DNA of 63,322 bases, the filler included, from Rhabdomonas costata (lineage: Eukaryota), in the NCBI GenBank assembly GCA_019059605.1. It is 56 parts of 56 records of this genome, joined end to end, with 100 filler letters (N's around TTAATTAATTAA, not from the genome) between each part and the next. Parts side by side here need not be neighbours in the genome. Positions count along the whole stretch, not along the records: positions 37,388 to 38,420 come from JAHMHO010032386.1; positions 38,521 to 39,552 come from JAHMHO010032387.1; positions 39,653 to 40,684 come from JAHMHO010032388.1; positions 40,785 to 41,816 come from JAHMHO010032389.1; positions 41,917 to 42,948 come from JAHMHO010032390.1; positions 43,049 to 44,080 come from JAHMHO010032391.1; positions 44,181 to 45,213 come from JAHMHO010032392.1; positions 45,314 to 46,345 come from JAHMHO010032393.1; 48 more parts are not named here. The stretch is one strand, 5' to 3'. The first letter of the stretch is position 1; every line of letters begins with the position of its first letter. This document shows positions 37,288 to 49,741 of this stretch, in pieces. The notes under the pieces were generated by a model. It was not told the DNA's origin and searched no databases. It was given only the letters and a program-made list of their open reading frames with translations. The translations under genes and the position numbers were made by a program.

Positions 37288-39113
37288 NNNNNNNNNNNNN
37301 NNNNNNNNNNNNNNNNNNNNNNNNNNNNNNNTTAATTAATTAANNNNNNNNNNNNNNNNNNNNNNNNNNNNNNNNNNNNNNNNNNNNATCTCCTTTGTGA
37401 CGTTTTGTCCTCGACTACCTCATTCTATGCCCCATGGAACGGATTGTGGAAGCACCCCCCCACACACAAAGACCAGCATACAGCGGCAAAATATGCCGAA
37501 ATTTACACTTGGCAAAAGACCGCATGTTGACAGAGTTGGAGACCTGCTCGTAAAAGGTGGTCCACCCTCCTGTTTTAGGCCGCAGAAATGGAATAAGGAC
37601 CTCCGAAGCCTTGGCATTTCAATTTTAAATCCAAAAACACCGAAAATATGGCTCCCAAAGCCCTGCTTGGGGCTGTTTTGGTTGTCCTGGCTTGCTTCAC
37701 ACGTTCAAAAGAATCCCCCCCTCCCACGGAAGTGTGTTCTTCCCTGATTCAGGATCGACAGATGGGCAATTTTGGCTTTTCCAGAAATATTTTCTCGTCG
37801 ATTTATGACCCATCTCTCCACGTGGCAGCCTAAGGTTCTCAGGGGCTTTCGAATCGGAAGTTACAGGCCACGTTTAGGCTCCGACCCGAGAACTGGAGTC
37901 AATTTTAATTCCGTCGCGCATGAGTATAGACACCTATTCGACACCTATTGTTATTAAGTAGTTTTTCTCCCAGAATGCACCCTAAATAAGTACACGAATC
38001 TGGGATGTAAAAGCCTTTTCTGCACGTTCTCCGAATGACAAAGTTGGCTAAAAAGACGACAAAAAGTGTGACCTTATCCGGTGTTTTGGGTTCAAAAAAC
38101 AGGTAAACACCTTACAACGTCTTATGCTCAAACTGTATCATTGGACCTATTAGTGCACTTGCGCTGCATCGAGGGCTGAATAAGCGGATTATAGGCACCG
38201 AGGTTTCGTCTTTTGCATCTGGGCATAATAGAGAGAGCAACTCGGGATTTTACACGAAGCGGTTTGACTGCACAGAAAAAATATGAAAAAGGCTGCCATT
38301 CGCCCACGGCAATTTTAGTTCAGTTTGAATCGTCGAAAGACCACTTCAATCAATGTTGACGCATAACAACATGAAGTCCCGTTTCTTTCTTCGCATAAGG
38401 AAGAAAGTTGACCCCACAAANNNNNNNNNNNNNNNNNNNNNNNNNNNNNNNNNNNNNNNNNNNNTTAATTAATTAANNNNNNNNNNNNNNNNNNNNNNNN
38501 NNNNNNNNNNNNNNNNNNNNGTGGGTTGTGGGCTTCAGGCTGCCAAGAGTCAGGTCTGGCCCCGTTCGGAGTGTTCGGAGTGGATTTGTTTTTTGTAGAT
38601 ACGTTGTGGTTGCTGTCGCAAACCCTCCTGCGTGGGGCAAGAAGCGGCACAAAAGGGTTGCGAAAGAGCCGCCAAGGGGCATCACAACCGGCCGAGGGTA
38701 AAAGGTCAGAAAATTATGACCCCAAGGACCCGTCACTCGGCGTTTCGGGAGGCCTGCTGTTTACATAAGACCCCAGGCCTTTCGGCTTAGCTCGGTCACT
38801 CGTCTTTCACCAGAAGACGAAAGGGGTTTTCAACAAGCAGGTGCCCACCTCCCATAACCGAAGCCGGACACCCGAAATCGGCGATTGCACTGTTGAGCGA
38901 TTGCACTTGTTGCATGGGTTGAGCAGAATATGCTTACGGTTTGGTTTGTCGCTAGGTTGGGCTGACCACGGTATGTATTGAGTCTTGGTACCCGTGGTCA
39001 CTGCTGTCGTCAGTGTGTTGCATCATCGATGAATTTTCGTTGTTCTGCTTCACTTGGACGCTTGGTCTGATAGACCACAGCTGTCCCTTTCTGCGGCTCG
39101 GGTATGGCTTCAG

Positions 39114-39212
39114 GTTCTGGACTGGCGTGAGCTGGGCCCAGTCACCGCGGCCGACGTGGTGGTGGCCGCGGACTGCGTGTGGCACCACTGGCTCATTGAG
39201 CCCTTTGTTAAG
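39114..39212 (+). CDS. Methyltransf_16 (METTL21-type) protein lysine methyltransferase exon
   Basis: 99-nt phase-0 exon (ttcag|GTT...AAG|gtatgc) VLDWRELGPVTAADVVVAADCVWHHWLIEPFVK, with the L.W and D.v.aaDcv(Y/W) motifs. Confidence 0.75.
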
Positions 39213-39909
39213 GTATGCGCGGGGAGAGAAGGGGAACGGGAGAGTATCAGTTAGGACTGATCATTTCGTCCTGACGTCATTTTATTCGTTTTGCCATGCT
39301 GCCTGCTCCCCAATGCTCTCATTCCCTGTCACTTTTTTCTGTCGGCATCAGTAAATCAGAAACGGACCTCAATATATTCTGCCTGCTTGTTCCATGATTA
39401 TGGTTGATTGCTCTGAGTTCCGTGACGTGGTAGATTTTTCCGGAGTCGTACTTAGAGGAAATACCCTGTTCTTCAGAAGGGTATACGAAGTTGCCGGGTA
39501 CTGAAATGTTGTGTTTGCAGGCTCTTTTTCCAGGTTGAGTGACACCCAAACCNNNNNNNNNNNNNNNNNNNNNNNNNNNNNNNNNNNNNNNNNNNNTTAA
39601 TTAATTAANNNNNNNNNNNNNNNNNNNNNNNNNNNNNNNNNNNNNNNNNNNNGCCCTCCTCTTCGCATTATTCCATACCCTTCGAACTTGAGGGGCCCTG
39701 AGTCACACGAAGGGACCATCATGAGAGTAGGTAGTTGTAAATGCGCAGCGGCTTATGCCGGTGAAGCGCATGAACCCCTACATGGGAGTGATGTGAGGGA
39801 GTGATGTGAGCGCGTAGCGAACTGCGAGTGTGACGACCAAGAGAAGGAGGAACACGAACACGCGCATCGCAATTGCGAGTGTGACGACAGTGGACGACTG
39901 AACGAACCA

Positions 39910-39957
39910 CCTTATGGTGGGTAGTGAAGGAATGACACGTGGGTTAACGGGTGATGG
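39910..39957 (+). repeat. Segment of a probable dispersed non-coding repeat family
   Basis: CCTTATGGTGG...GAAGGA...GAC..GTGGG.TTAA.GGGTG is shared with 46843-46895. Both contigs lack credible exons and have similar composition. Confidence 0.45.
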
Positions 39958-41920
39958 AGAGAGCGTACCGACTTATGTCGGGGAGCGAACGAGTGGAAGA
40001 AGAAGAGAGAAGAAGAAGAGTCGTCACATTCGAGCCATGCACGAACTCCTCCCTGGGTTGAAGTGTTGAGGTTACCACATCGGGGTATTGGCCTTAATCC
40101 ACCCTTCTCGAGAAGATGGATGGATGCCACGACTGCCACCACCAGGAATGCGATGAACCCTTACGCGGGTTGTTACGCCCATACCATTAGCGTGAGGGTG
40201 ACTCTGATTCCACGACACCCACTGTGACCCTACCGCTACAGCATCGGACATACGACAGGACATGTCCTTACCTTACAACGGTGTGACTGGCTTCTTACAC
40301 TGGGGTTGTAACTGGCTTCCATGACATGGGTACGTAACCCCATCGTAACCTTTAGGCCGATGGTTGCAACGCCCTTGATGCCATAACATGATGGGGTGAG
40401 GACACAACTCCCACCCTACGCGTCATGGACATGCCCACACCCCACCTTAGGTCTGATCAGGTTGTTACGCCCTTGCCTAAGATGCGAAGCTGGACATATC
40501 GTTGTGCCTCGACACCAACATCCTGCTCCTTGTATCGTACCTGAGTCACGCCAAGCACAGCACACTTTCCAAGGGATGTTGACGACAAGTACACATCAAG
40601 CCTAACAACTAGGTCTTACACCACGTTGCGTAGGTGCCTAGCTGAGCTGCCGACGGTGAGGTAACAGGAATGCTACCCACCCCCNNNNNNNNNNNNNNNN
40701 NNNNNNNNNNNNNNNNNNNNNNNNNNNNTTAATTAATTAANNNNNNNNNNNNNNNNNNNNNNNNNNNNNNNNNNNNNNNNNNNNGGGTTTTTGGCCAGGA
40801 AAAAGTACGCAAGGCGGAACAGTGCAAGTGGTGCAGCTTTGAAACATAGATCAGCGTGCCAGTTAGTGCCTTGACCAACCAGTACAGTGAAAAATCTGGT
40901 ACAGGAGACAACGTATGACGTAGGGCGGCAGTTGACTTGCAGTTTCCCACTGTGACGGTTTGCAGACGTGCCCAGCAAACCTAAAGAGAAAGAGAGCGGC
41001 TTTGCGCTAGAAAGGAGCGAAAATGCAAAAATGGGTGCAGAAAAACTCTTTGGCCTTTTGGTAAACAGATAAGCACCAACCGTTAAGATTCCGGATTCTC
41101 AGAGTGGCTGGCCGTGTGACGCATACAATCGTTCATTGCAATATTGGTAGATCGCCTCCTTCAGAGCCCTCTGTTGCAGAGGTGTAACGGGTACTGGCGC
41201 ACTGCCATTTCATCGATGGATACAATGGGCTAACTTGATTCGATGTGATGTGGGTCATGCTGTCACTGCTGTTGCCACTGCTCGCGACGCCGCCCCCGTT
41301 GCGCCACCCTATTGTTTATCCCCATCTCTGAGGCGCATACCCTTGGGGCGCTGAGGGGACATTATACCGTAGAATGTTGTTCTACAGTCACGAGAGAAAT
41401 TGGTTTGTTAGATCTTCTCCCATTTCTTGGTCTTTGCAAAACGACTGATATTCAATGAAACTGTTTTTTGTTGGGCTTTTGTAGAAGAGACACGATTGCC
41501 TGGGGCAGGGATTTGAGCCATTCCTAAAGCTCTTTCCGTCCCATCTTACGCTGCTGCTGCTCTTGCCACCGCCACTCAGGTTCCTTGCCATGCCGCCTCG
41601 TCCGTAGTGTACCGCTGGTTTTCTCCCGAAACTCCGTTTTAGACTCGCTGATGCTACATTGTCGGCGTACCTGCGGCCCTCTCTGCTGCAGTACAGCCCA
41701 AACCTGTGTGTGTGTGTATGTGCGCGCGCGTGCGCATGCATGTTCGGGGGTTTCAGCGCGTGAGAGGAGTTGTGCAGGGTGTACCTCTCCGGCCACCCCA
41801 AGGGCCACCCACCAACNNNNNNNNNNNNNNNNNNNNNNNNNNNNNNNNNNNNNNNNNNNNTTAATTAATTAANNNNNNNNNNNNNNNNNNNNNNNNNNNN
41901 NNNNNNNNNNNNNNNNGGTG

Positions 41921-41995
41921 GTGTTGTATCGAATGGACTTTCTCTTCTCCCTGAAGTTGCTACAGGGAGAAGAGAAAGTCCATTCGATACAACAC
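41921..41995. repeat. Terminal hairpin (33-bp arms, 9-nt loop), probable fold-back chimera
   Basis: GTGTTGTATCGAATGGACTTTCTCTTCTCCCTG / CAGGGAGAAGAGAAAGTCCATTCGATACAACAC at the contig start. Confidence 0.88.
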
Positions 41996-43048
41996 TCACT
42001 CATTCGTTCACTCACTCACTGAGTGCGAAAGGTAAACACAGGTACACACAGTCTACCACACTAGTCTCCTCAATGTTAGGGAGGGTGCAGAAAAGCTACG
42101 GGCATTTCAACGTTCCCATCTCAGAAATACCCCTGATCAATCTAGCTCAAAGATTTGTTGGTTCGAAGACAAATTGATGCTTACCCTGCAGAGGTAACCG
42201 AGCAGGCGTATGAATTGGCCGGGTTGAAAGTCCAAGCATTCGGGTTCGCTCTGGTTCTCAACATAGATAGAATGGTGGCCTCGACGGAACCTGCATACAT
42301 ATGCTGCAACGACACTGTCACCCAACGCAGCATGGATAACAGCGAAACAATCGCATTAAGATTCGAAAATATGGCGCACGAAGTTGAAGGGTGAATGCAA
42401 AAACGCCTGTTGCGCGGGGAGGAGGGAGAGAATGTATTCATCAGCAAGAGTACCTTGTTAATGCTGTCCTTCTGGCGCTCAGCCCACTGTGAACAGGCAT
42501 GAAGAGCCGAGCGGGTGAGCGACTGGTTTGAGCCAGAAGGCATGTGAAGAATATAAGGGAATAGGAACTCGATCACCATCCTCATCCTCCAGATCCCTAT
42601 CTTCCCCTACATCGCCACATGCCCCACTCTTGCCACTTCTCCCACCGGGCTGCATCCGTCTCAGCCTTAGGACAAGCTTGGGATAAGAACACTCCTGGCA
42701 CTCTCTGTAATTGCAAGCGTCAATTTTTCCACCCAGCAACTGCATGCAAGTATGCTATGCGTGGGGACAAATGGCACGACAGAGAACTCTCCTCGCCGCC
42801 GCACTGTGAATTTTTCGCATTCGCCCAAACCAATTTGTAACTGAAGACACACGGATGTCCCTATACATCCTCTTTGCACCTCTCCATCATCATCCTGCAA
42901 TGCTGCAAAACAAAACAACTACGGTGAGCGACTGAACAACCCCCACCCNNNNNNNNNNNNNNNNNNNNNNNNNNNNNNNNNNNNNNNNNNNNTTAATTAA
43001 TTAANNNNNNNNNNNNNNNNNNNNNNNNNNNNNNNNNNNNNNNNNNNN

Positions 43049-44073
43049 TGTTGGGGGGCTTCTTTGAGAGGCTCTGCCCCCGCACTGCCGTCTAGACGGT
43101 CCCAGAGCCTCTCAAAGAAGCCCCGCAAGCACTGGCACTCCCGGTCCATCTCCGAAGCATAGTTCTGCGCACTCCGGAGCGCCGGAGGAAGGACCCCCTT
43201 GGAGCTCATCAGGCGGAGTCCGAAGCTCATCGCGCGGGCCTTCAGGCCGTGGTCTTTCTTGCGCTCCTGCGCCCAGATCTCCTGAAAGCTCACAAGTTCC
43301 ACCGCAGAGTTCGTCATGAAGGGCAGCAGTGTGCGGCTGCGGGGCAGCCACTCAGCCATCTCCAGCCACTGCAGAAAGAGAGTGAGCCCCATCATGCGGT
43401 ATGTCACCAGCATGGGCACGTCGTCCGCACACGGGTTCTGGATCCCCAAAAGGTGCTCCGCTTTTCCCACGGCCTTGTCCAACTTGCTCTCAAACCCGAG
43501 GCCAGGCAGAGGGGGAACGATGGCACCGGGAAATTCCTGCAGCAGGGCAGCTCGCAGCCACTTGAAGTCCCCGTACCTGCGGTATGCAATGTGTGTGGAA
43601 AGCGAGCCGTCCTGAGAAAAGGAAGGAAGGTCGGTGGCCAGTGCCACTTCGTAAGTCCAGTAATCCAGGTCCAGTCGACCCTCTTGGTGCACCTTAATGG
43701 CGTTTTGGACACGCCTGAATTCCACCTTGAAGGCCGGCACTTCGGGTGGAACCTGGCTGGACACAGGCGGACCAAACGTATCCGCAGGGGCCGATTCTGA
43801 GAAATCTCTTGGATATTGAGCATCCACGGGTTTGCTCACGGGCTGACACTTCGGAGACCCTACTGCGGGCTGAAACACTTCCTCAAGGTCAGGGAGCTGA
43901 ATGAGGGCAGGTTCGGAGGATGCGGAAGACTTCAGCTTTCGAACCGCCGCACGAAACTTGAGCTGGTCAGGCAGGGCGGACATCTTGAGGTCCTCCATGA
44001 CCTGCTTCAGTGCGTCTTCGCCCAGCTCCGCGACTGCCTGAATTGCACACATGTCGTAACCGCACTGGGCCAA
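43049..44073 (-). CDS. PX (Phox) domain sorting nexin-like protein with N-terminal SAM-like helical domain (partial)
   Basis: Frame is open across the whole contig. PX motifs: YWTYEV...AYRRYGDFKWLRAALLQEFPGAIVPPLPG...YRMMGLTLFLQ. N-terminal GYDMCAIQAVAELGEDALKQVMEDLKMSALPDQLKFRAAVRKL resembles SAM. Confidence 0.88.
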
Positions 44074-44782
44074 CCAAAACNNNNNNNNNNNNNNNNNNNN
44101 NNNNNNNNNNNNNNNNNNNNNNNNTTAATTAATTAANNNNNNNNNNNNNNNNNNNNNNNNNNNNNNNNNNNNNNNNNNNNAAGCTTTTGTAGGTTGTTAG
44201 GAGGCGATGCACGCTCCCCAGGGATTCCAAGAGAAGCTTTTGCAGGTTGTTAGGAGGCGATGCACCCCATCAATTCTCTTCTGCCGGCCTCCGAACCTGT
44301 GCACCATTGTCAGGGGTCACCGGAGTGGGGTGGACCACTATCTTTCGCACAAATATTCCCTGTTTGCTGGGTAACTTCCGACAGGGGCAACCTGGGACCG
44401 GAGCCGTGCTGGAGAACCTGGTGCGGGTACATAAATATTTCCCGCTTCACTTAAAAACTGAGAACTGAAATGACCTTTGCGGACGTAATACGAAAAAAAA
44501 ATACGAAAAAAGGAAAAAGGAAAATTGGGACACCTCCCCGCCTTGCTTTGGTGCGTTGCTATTTCACGTGTTTCCTGATTGGATGTCCGAAATTCTCACT
44601 TTTGGTTTGAAGCGGGCCATACGATCTGAACTGGCCAGTTGGAGCAAATACTTACTGAGTTAGTAGTGCTCCTGAGTTGAGTTTACTGGTAGCTTCCCAC
44701 CTTCCGGCTGCAATCTCTTCGCCCATTTTTAGAATTTTCAATAGTCCAGGGTCTTTTAAGACCTTCTTCAACCTCTACCGCA

Positions 44783-44935
44783 TTTTCAAGGGCAAAGGGT
44801 GCCTTTACTGGACCTTTGGAGGCCTATTATAATGAGCCTAAGCTTTCGGCCCGGCCTGCTTATCAAAGGGGAGGGCCCAGGAGAGCTTCATACGCCATTG
44901 AAATGGTCCGAATGCATCGGTTTGCAGGGGCCGCA
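44783..44935 (+). repeat. Second copy of the dispersed repeat seen at 10363-10510
   Basis: Colinear shared blocks with 10363-10510, diverged. Confidence 0.65.
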
Positions 44936-45078
44936 GAGGCCTTCAGCAGGTCCTTTTTTGGGAACCCTGGGATTTGAAGCTGCCCTGGGGGCGAATTTCG
45001 GGAGCTTTTGCGCGGTTCTGGGCTGGAAAAGAGAGGATTTCGTGTTGGTTGGAACACCCAAGTATTCCAACAGCTGAC

Positions 45079-45211
45079 TGTGTGTGCGTGTGTGCGTGGG
45101 CTTGTGTGGCATTGCACAACTGGGTAGAGACCTGGACTTCTGGAAGAGCGACCCGCTGCGGCCCGCCCCAGTTGTGCAATGCCACACAAGCCCACGCACA
45201 CACACACACAC
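45079..45211. repeat. Terminal inverted repeat (about 45-bp arms), probable fold-back chimera
   Basis: GTGTGCGTGGGCTTGTGTGGCATTGCACAACTGGG is mirrored as CCCAGTTGTGCAATGCCACACAAGCCCACGCACAC at the contig end. Confidence 0.85.
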
Positions 45212-45663
45212 AANNNNNNNNNNNNNNNNNNNNNNNNNNNNNNNNNNNNNNNNNNNNTTAATTAATTAANNNNNNNNNNNNNNNNNNNNNNNNNNNNNNN
45301 NNNNNNNNNNNNNGTGTTGGTGTGTTTGTGGGTGGGGTGGTGGAAGGATTTAGAAAAAGACGACAAGGGTGCTTGAAGGGCTTGAGGCACTTGAAGGATT
45401 TCGCAAATGAATCCAAAAATCCACGCTTTTTGATTCACGTCTTTCCTGAGGAGTTCCATTCGTATGGGTTGTGGGGAGGAATGTGTTTGAATGTGTGGGA
45501 GGGATTGAAGGAAGTTTGTCGGAAGGCAGACGACAAAGTCAGCTCTAAACGATGCGGTGCGAACAGAAAAATGCTTCTATTACTTTCTCTGTCTTCTCCG
45601 TTCCCTCTCTACGTCTGTTTTTAGTCATGCCTCTCTTCCTCCCTCTGGGGGTTTGGGGGTCAG

Positions 45664-45892
45664 GTCGTAGACACCAAAAAGTGGCTGGACCTCCGCGGCA
45701 AGGTCTTTGTGCTGCTGGGGGCCAGCTCCGCGATGGGCCCCGTGGGGGCCCTGCTGTCCCTGGGTGCCACAGTGGTTGCCGTGGACATCGACCGCCCGGG
45801 GGTGTGGCGCCGGCTGCTGCAGCTCACCCGCCAGTCCTGTGGTACCATGGTGGCGCCCGCCCGCCAACCCGTGCCTGCAGATGCCTCAGATG
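45664..45892 (+). CDS. Conserved uncharacterised protein with Rossmann-like segment, internal exon
   Basis: 229-nt exon (gtcag|GTC...GATG|gtgtgt) VVDTKKWLDLRGKVFVLLGASSAMGPVGALLSLGATVVAVDIDRPGVWRRLLQLTRQSCGTMVAP. Shows a beta-Gly-alpha-beta-Asp dinucleotide-binding pattern and GC3-rich codons. Confidence 0.75.
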
Positions 45893-47924
45893 GTGTGTTT
45901 TCCCGCTCTTCGATGCACCCCCCCCCCTATTCCTTGGCTCTCCGTTCTGCAGAGGTGCGGGAACCTCTCTCACTTGTGGTCCAGCTAGTCTGAGACCTTT
46001 CCACTGTCAGCATTGACCCAGGTCCCTTTCCATCGTATCTCTCTGCACACCCCTGCACTTATTCACCTGCTATGTGTGATGCACCGGCTTCCGCACATGC
46101 GCTTTCACTGCGCTTCTATCCTGCTACGCCCAAGTATTGCTCTGACGTTGCAGTGGTGCAACGAACTGAAGGGTTGTGGAGACTATTCTTTTCCTGTGAT
46201 GATTTTTCGAAACGTTTTTTACTCTCCTACTTCCTGTGGGTGCTCATTGCATACTTATTTTATTTCTCACTCGACAATTGCCTCTCCCTCGGTTCGGACC
46301 GTGCATGCTCCCGAGTACGTCGATCCGCCTTGATGCCACCCCCCCNNNNNNNNNNNNNNNNNNNNNNNNNNNNNNNNNNNNNNNNNNNNTTAATTAATTA
46401 ANNNNNNNNNNNNNNNNNNNNNNNNNNNNNNNNNNNNNNNNNNNNTGGTGTGGTTCTGTCTCGAAGGGTGGTGTCATGGCTTGCTGATGTGCGTATTCTT
46501 GACGGCTGTAGGGTTGAGGGGTGTTGTGTTGCTGGTGATGGTGAGGGGTTCTGTGTACGTGTCTCCAAGTCGAGGGGTTGATGCTTCGAAGGGTGGTTGC
46601 TGGTGGTGAGAGGTGAGAGGGTGTGGTGAGTCAAGGGCGTAGGGTGTAACATCCAACCAGCTTTGTAAGAGTGAAGGAGGAAGGGTGTATTTCTACCGCA
46701 GGTGCCTTTCACCTTCCCCACCCATGCTTCGTACTTACCACCCATACCCTAATGCATACCTTAACCCATCACCATACCCTTAACGTAGTCTCTCTTGGGT
46801 ATTCCTGCATGGCTACGCCAGGACGGAGCATCCTGTAACCATCCTTATGGTGGTGGAAGGATGCGTAGTGACAGGTGGGGGGTTAAAGGGTGGTATTGGG
46901 GTTCTTGATGTCGTCACTCCCTACTGTCGTTCCTCCTAGATCTGATGGTTCATGCCCTCCACCGCCATAAGACGGCTACGGGCATTCACCCTCTAAGGGT
47001 AAGGGCCCGTAGGGACAGAGGCCTAAAGTCATTGACATAAAAACACCCCAGGTCAGCCTCGGCTTTGCCCTTTCATCGATTACGTAAAAGAACCAGAAAT
47101 TCAGAAAATCAGAACCGAAGCACCTTTCTTAAGTGTGTGATTGTTTTCGAGTTTCCACACACGCAAGCGCGCGCGAAGACAAGAAAACCAAAGGGGGCCT
47201 TATTCAGCAAAACAAAGCGAAAAAATGGTAACACTCACCACACCGGCGTATTCCTTCTCTCCCTCTTCCACCAAGATGCAAACTCTCGGACCTACTCTTG
47301 CTTTCCCTCCCTGCTTTTCATCAAGACTCCAGCTTTTTGAGTCGTTTTGGTCCAACATTTTTGTTTGACGCCTCTGTGGTGGCCGACAAATGAGAGGCCC
47401 CGCTGTTGTTGCCCTGGTATGGCTGGTGGCCTGGTGCTGCGCCGAGGAGGTAGCACATTACCCCAGCCCACACAACCNNNNNNNNNNNNNNNNNNNNNNN
47501 NNNNNNNNNNNNNNNNNNNNNTTAATTAATTAANNNNNNNNNNNNNNNNNNNNNNNNNNNNNNNNNNNNNNNNNNNNGGCAGCGATATTTTCGTGAATGC
47601 AGGTGCCATGAGTGGTGTTGTCAGTACTATGCTGTCCGGGGCTCTGGGCACAACATCGCCTGACGTTCCGAGTGCTGCTGTGAATCATCCACTTGTGGGC
47701 CAACTGAGTATCAAGAAGGATAATAGCGATCTGAAAGTCTAGAAGATGCTAAAACTGATGACAAAGTACATCAAGGAGCACCATAAAACGTCGACTGTTA
47801 GGAGTCCCTGCCTGTCCCGGGACGCCACCATGCAAAGGAGTATGCAAGGGAAGGAGAAAAGGGTAGCCATCCAAGCGCGTAGGAAGGGAAGCATTCCCCG
47901 GAAGAGCCACAGACAGATACACAC

Positions 47925-48080
47925 CCGAATTTTGTTCTTCGGGAAGGAAAACTTCCGCTGGCTGTGGTCCCACTGTCCGGAGGCAGTCGGGCTGTGGGGA
48001 CCCTCCGTGGCGTGTGGGGCGGTTTCCGCCCCGTCCGCTGTGAGGGGTTTCGGCCTCTTCGCCGCAGGACAGTCCGCCAT
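47925..48080 (-). CDS. Probable first exon of D-3-phosphoglycerate dehydrogenase (SerA type)
   Basis: 156-nt exon MADCPAAKRPKP...QRKFSFPKNKIR|gtgtgt. SFPKNKIR resembles the SerA N-terminal S(L/F)PK.KI(K/R)-ILLLE start, but only 8 residues are informative. Confidence 0.4.
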
Positions 48081-49239
48081 CTGCCCAGGCTCACTTAATC
48101 AGCACAACCACCCGAAGCAACACCACAGACCAGGAAAAGCCAAAAGAGAGGCGCTCAGCAGCAAGGGAGTCAGGGGAATAAGGCATGCCCCACGAGGCAT
48201 CCTCCTGTCATGTTTTCATATGACACCCAGGATCCGGAGGAGATGAATCTTCAATGGGCCTCAGATTGGTCCCCGCCACTGCACCCTGTCCCTCAGCTGT
48301 GCCTCTCCTCCGCCCAACCCCAGTATAAAAATCAGGCTCCGCATGTCGTAAGCAGAAAGATCAGGAACATACCCTGGGCACATTAACGTCAAAGTCCCAG
48401 CCTCCTCAGCCGTTTACGTAGTCCAATCCCCCATCCCACCCCAAAGAAAACATTGCGAATAAATCGTGACCGGTTCGGTCAATAGAACAACTAAAACGCT
48501 CAGCGCAAAACGGAGCATCGCCCATCCCATGTCGCAAAGGGGTGGGCAATGTCACAATGCCTCCGCCCGCTTAGGCCACGCAGCGGACTGGCATCCCCCC
48601 CCCCAACCCNNNNNNNNNNNNNNNNNNNNNNNNNNNNNNNNNNNNNNNNNNNNTTAATTAATTAANNNNNNNNNNNNNNNNNNNNNNNNNNNNNNNNNNN
48701 NNNNNNNNNCGGTTGGTTGGGGTGTTCGTGGGAGTGGTCAGGAAGACTCCAAAGAGTTCCCTATTTTTTTCCCAGAAACCACTAACAAGTCGCTCTTAAA
48801 CCAGGCAAATCCAGCGAAGGCCTCGTCGGTCTGGCTAGATTCAGCGTAAAAACCACCAGAAACCCAGAAGCACACGAAGGCACGCACCAAAGAGCCCACC
48901 CATTCTGTATTACTGAATACTACGGTAATACCGATGAAAAAGCATTCCTAAGCCAGTCAAAGCCAGTGAAAAAATGCAGCATAATTTAACCACTCAGTAA
49001 GCAAGCTACGGACTCTAACCCCAAGCTGGGTGCTGGGAAGGGAGGGGTCCGATGACACCTCCGTTGCCCACTAACCACTAACCCTCTGCAAACGTTAACC
49101 TCCATCTATGTCTGAAGTCAGCACAGACGAAAAGAATTCTTGGTTTTACTTGTTGTTGGGGCCTGTGCGGGTTTCAAGTAGGGTTGTGAATTGGATTGGG
49201 TTCTGGAAGGTGGAGCCATGCTCAAATTTGATCCCTCAG

Positions 49240-49741
49240 GTACGAGCACGCTGCTAGTGCTTCCTGGATACTGGAGGGGCAGCCCAACCACCCTGAAGAT
49301 CTACTCCTGCGTGACCACCCGCGCGTGCAACCCCAATGGCCCCCGGGAGGTCACCGAGTGTGCCCCGGTGTGTTTGCGCGCGCGCCTACATACCTGTGCG
49401 GGGTTGCCTTCTGACCGCTTTCTTCTGCAGTTCCTTTTCTTCGAAACCGCTAAAAGCTAGATCGACACGCTCTCAGAGCATTTCCTCCGTCAGGGCCTAG
49501 AACGCTGTGCCATATGCCTCAGAAACCTGGCATAGGCCTGGGCGATGGATGGATAATGCGAAGTCAAGTTCGCAGTGGTGTTTCCCAGTGCTCCTTGGTG
49601 GCGACAGGGCAGCTCAGGCCCTCTGTGCGACGTTTGCCTGCCGGGGTACTCCATGAGCTCTAGCTCGAAGGGCTGCGCGGAGTGCCCGAAGAACCAGGCC
49701 CGGAACGTTCTGCTGGTGTTCGGGCTGGCCTTGCTCATTCT
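49240..49741 (+). CDS. Cys-rich juxtamembrane region of a large protist multi-pass membrane protein, two exons (partial)
   Basis: Exon 49240-49367 TSTLLVLPGYWRGSPTTLKIYSCVTTRACNPNGPREVTECAP and exon 49608-49741 GSSGPLCDVCLPGYSMSSSSKGCAECPKNQARNVLLVFGLALLI. Pattern PGYWR...C...C...C..G..GPLC..C..GY....C..C followed by a TM helix. Confidence 0.75.

Noticed and set aside
44487..44510. Minus-strand TATTTTTTTTTCG resembling the 3' end of the euglenid spliced leader
   Set aside because: Low-complexity match only; no upstream SL similarity and no GT donor directly after it.
15877..45211. End-anchored perfect hairpins as hairpin telomeres, MITEs or pre-miRNAs
   Set aside because: Arms are near-identical, unrelated to one another and abut the primer-like contig ends, which is best explained by fold-back chimeras.
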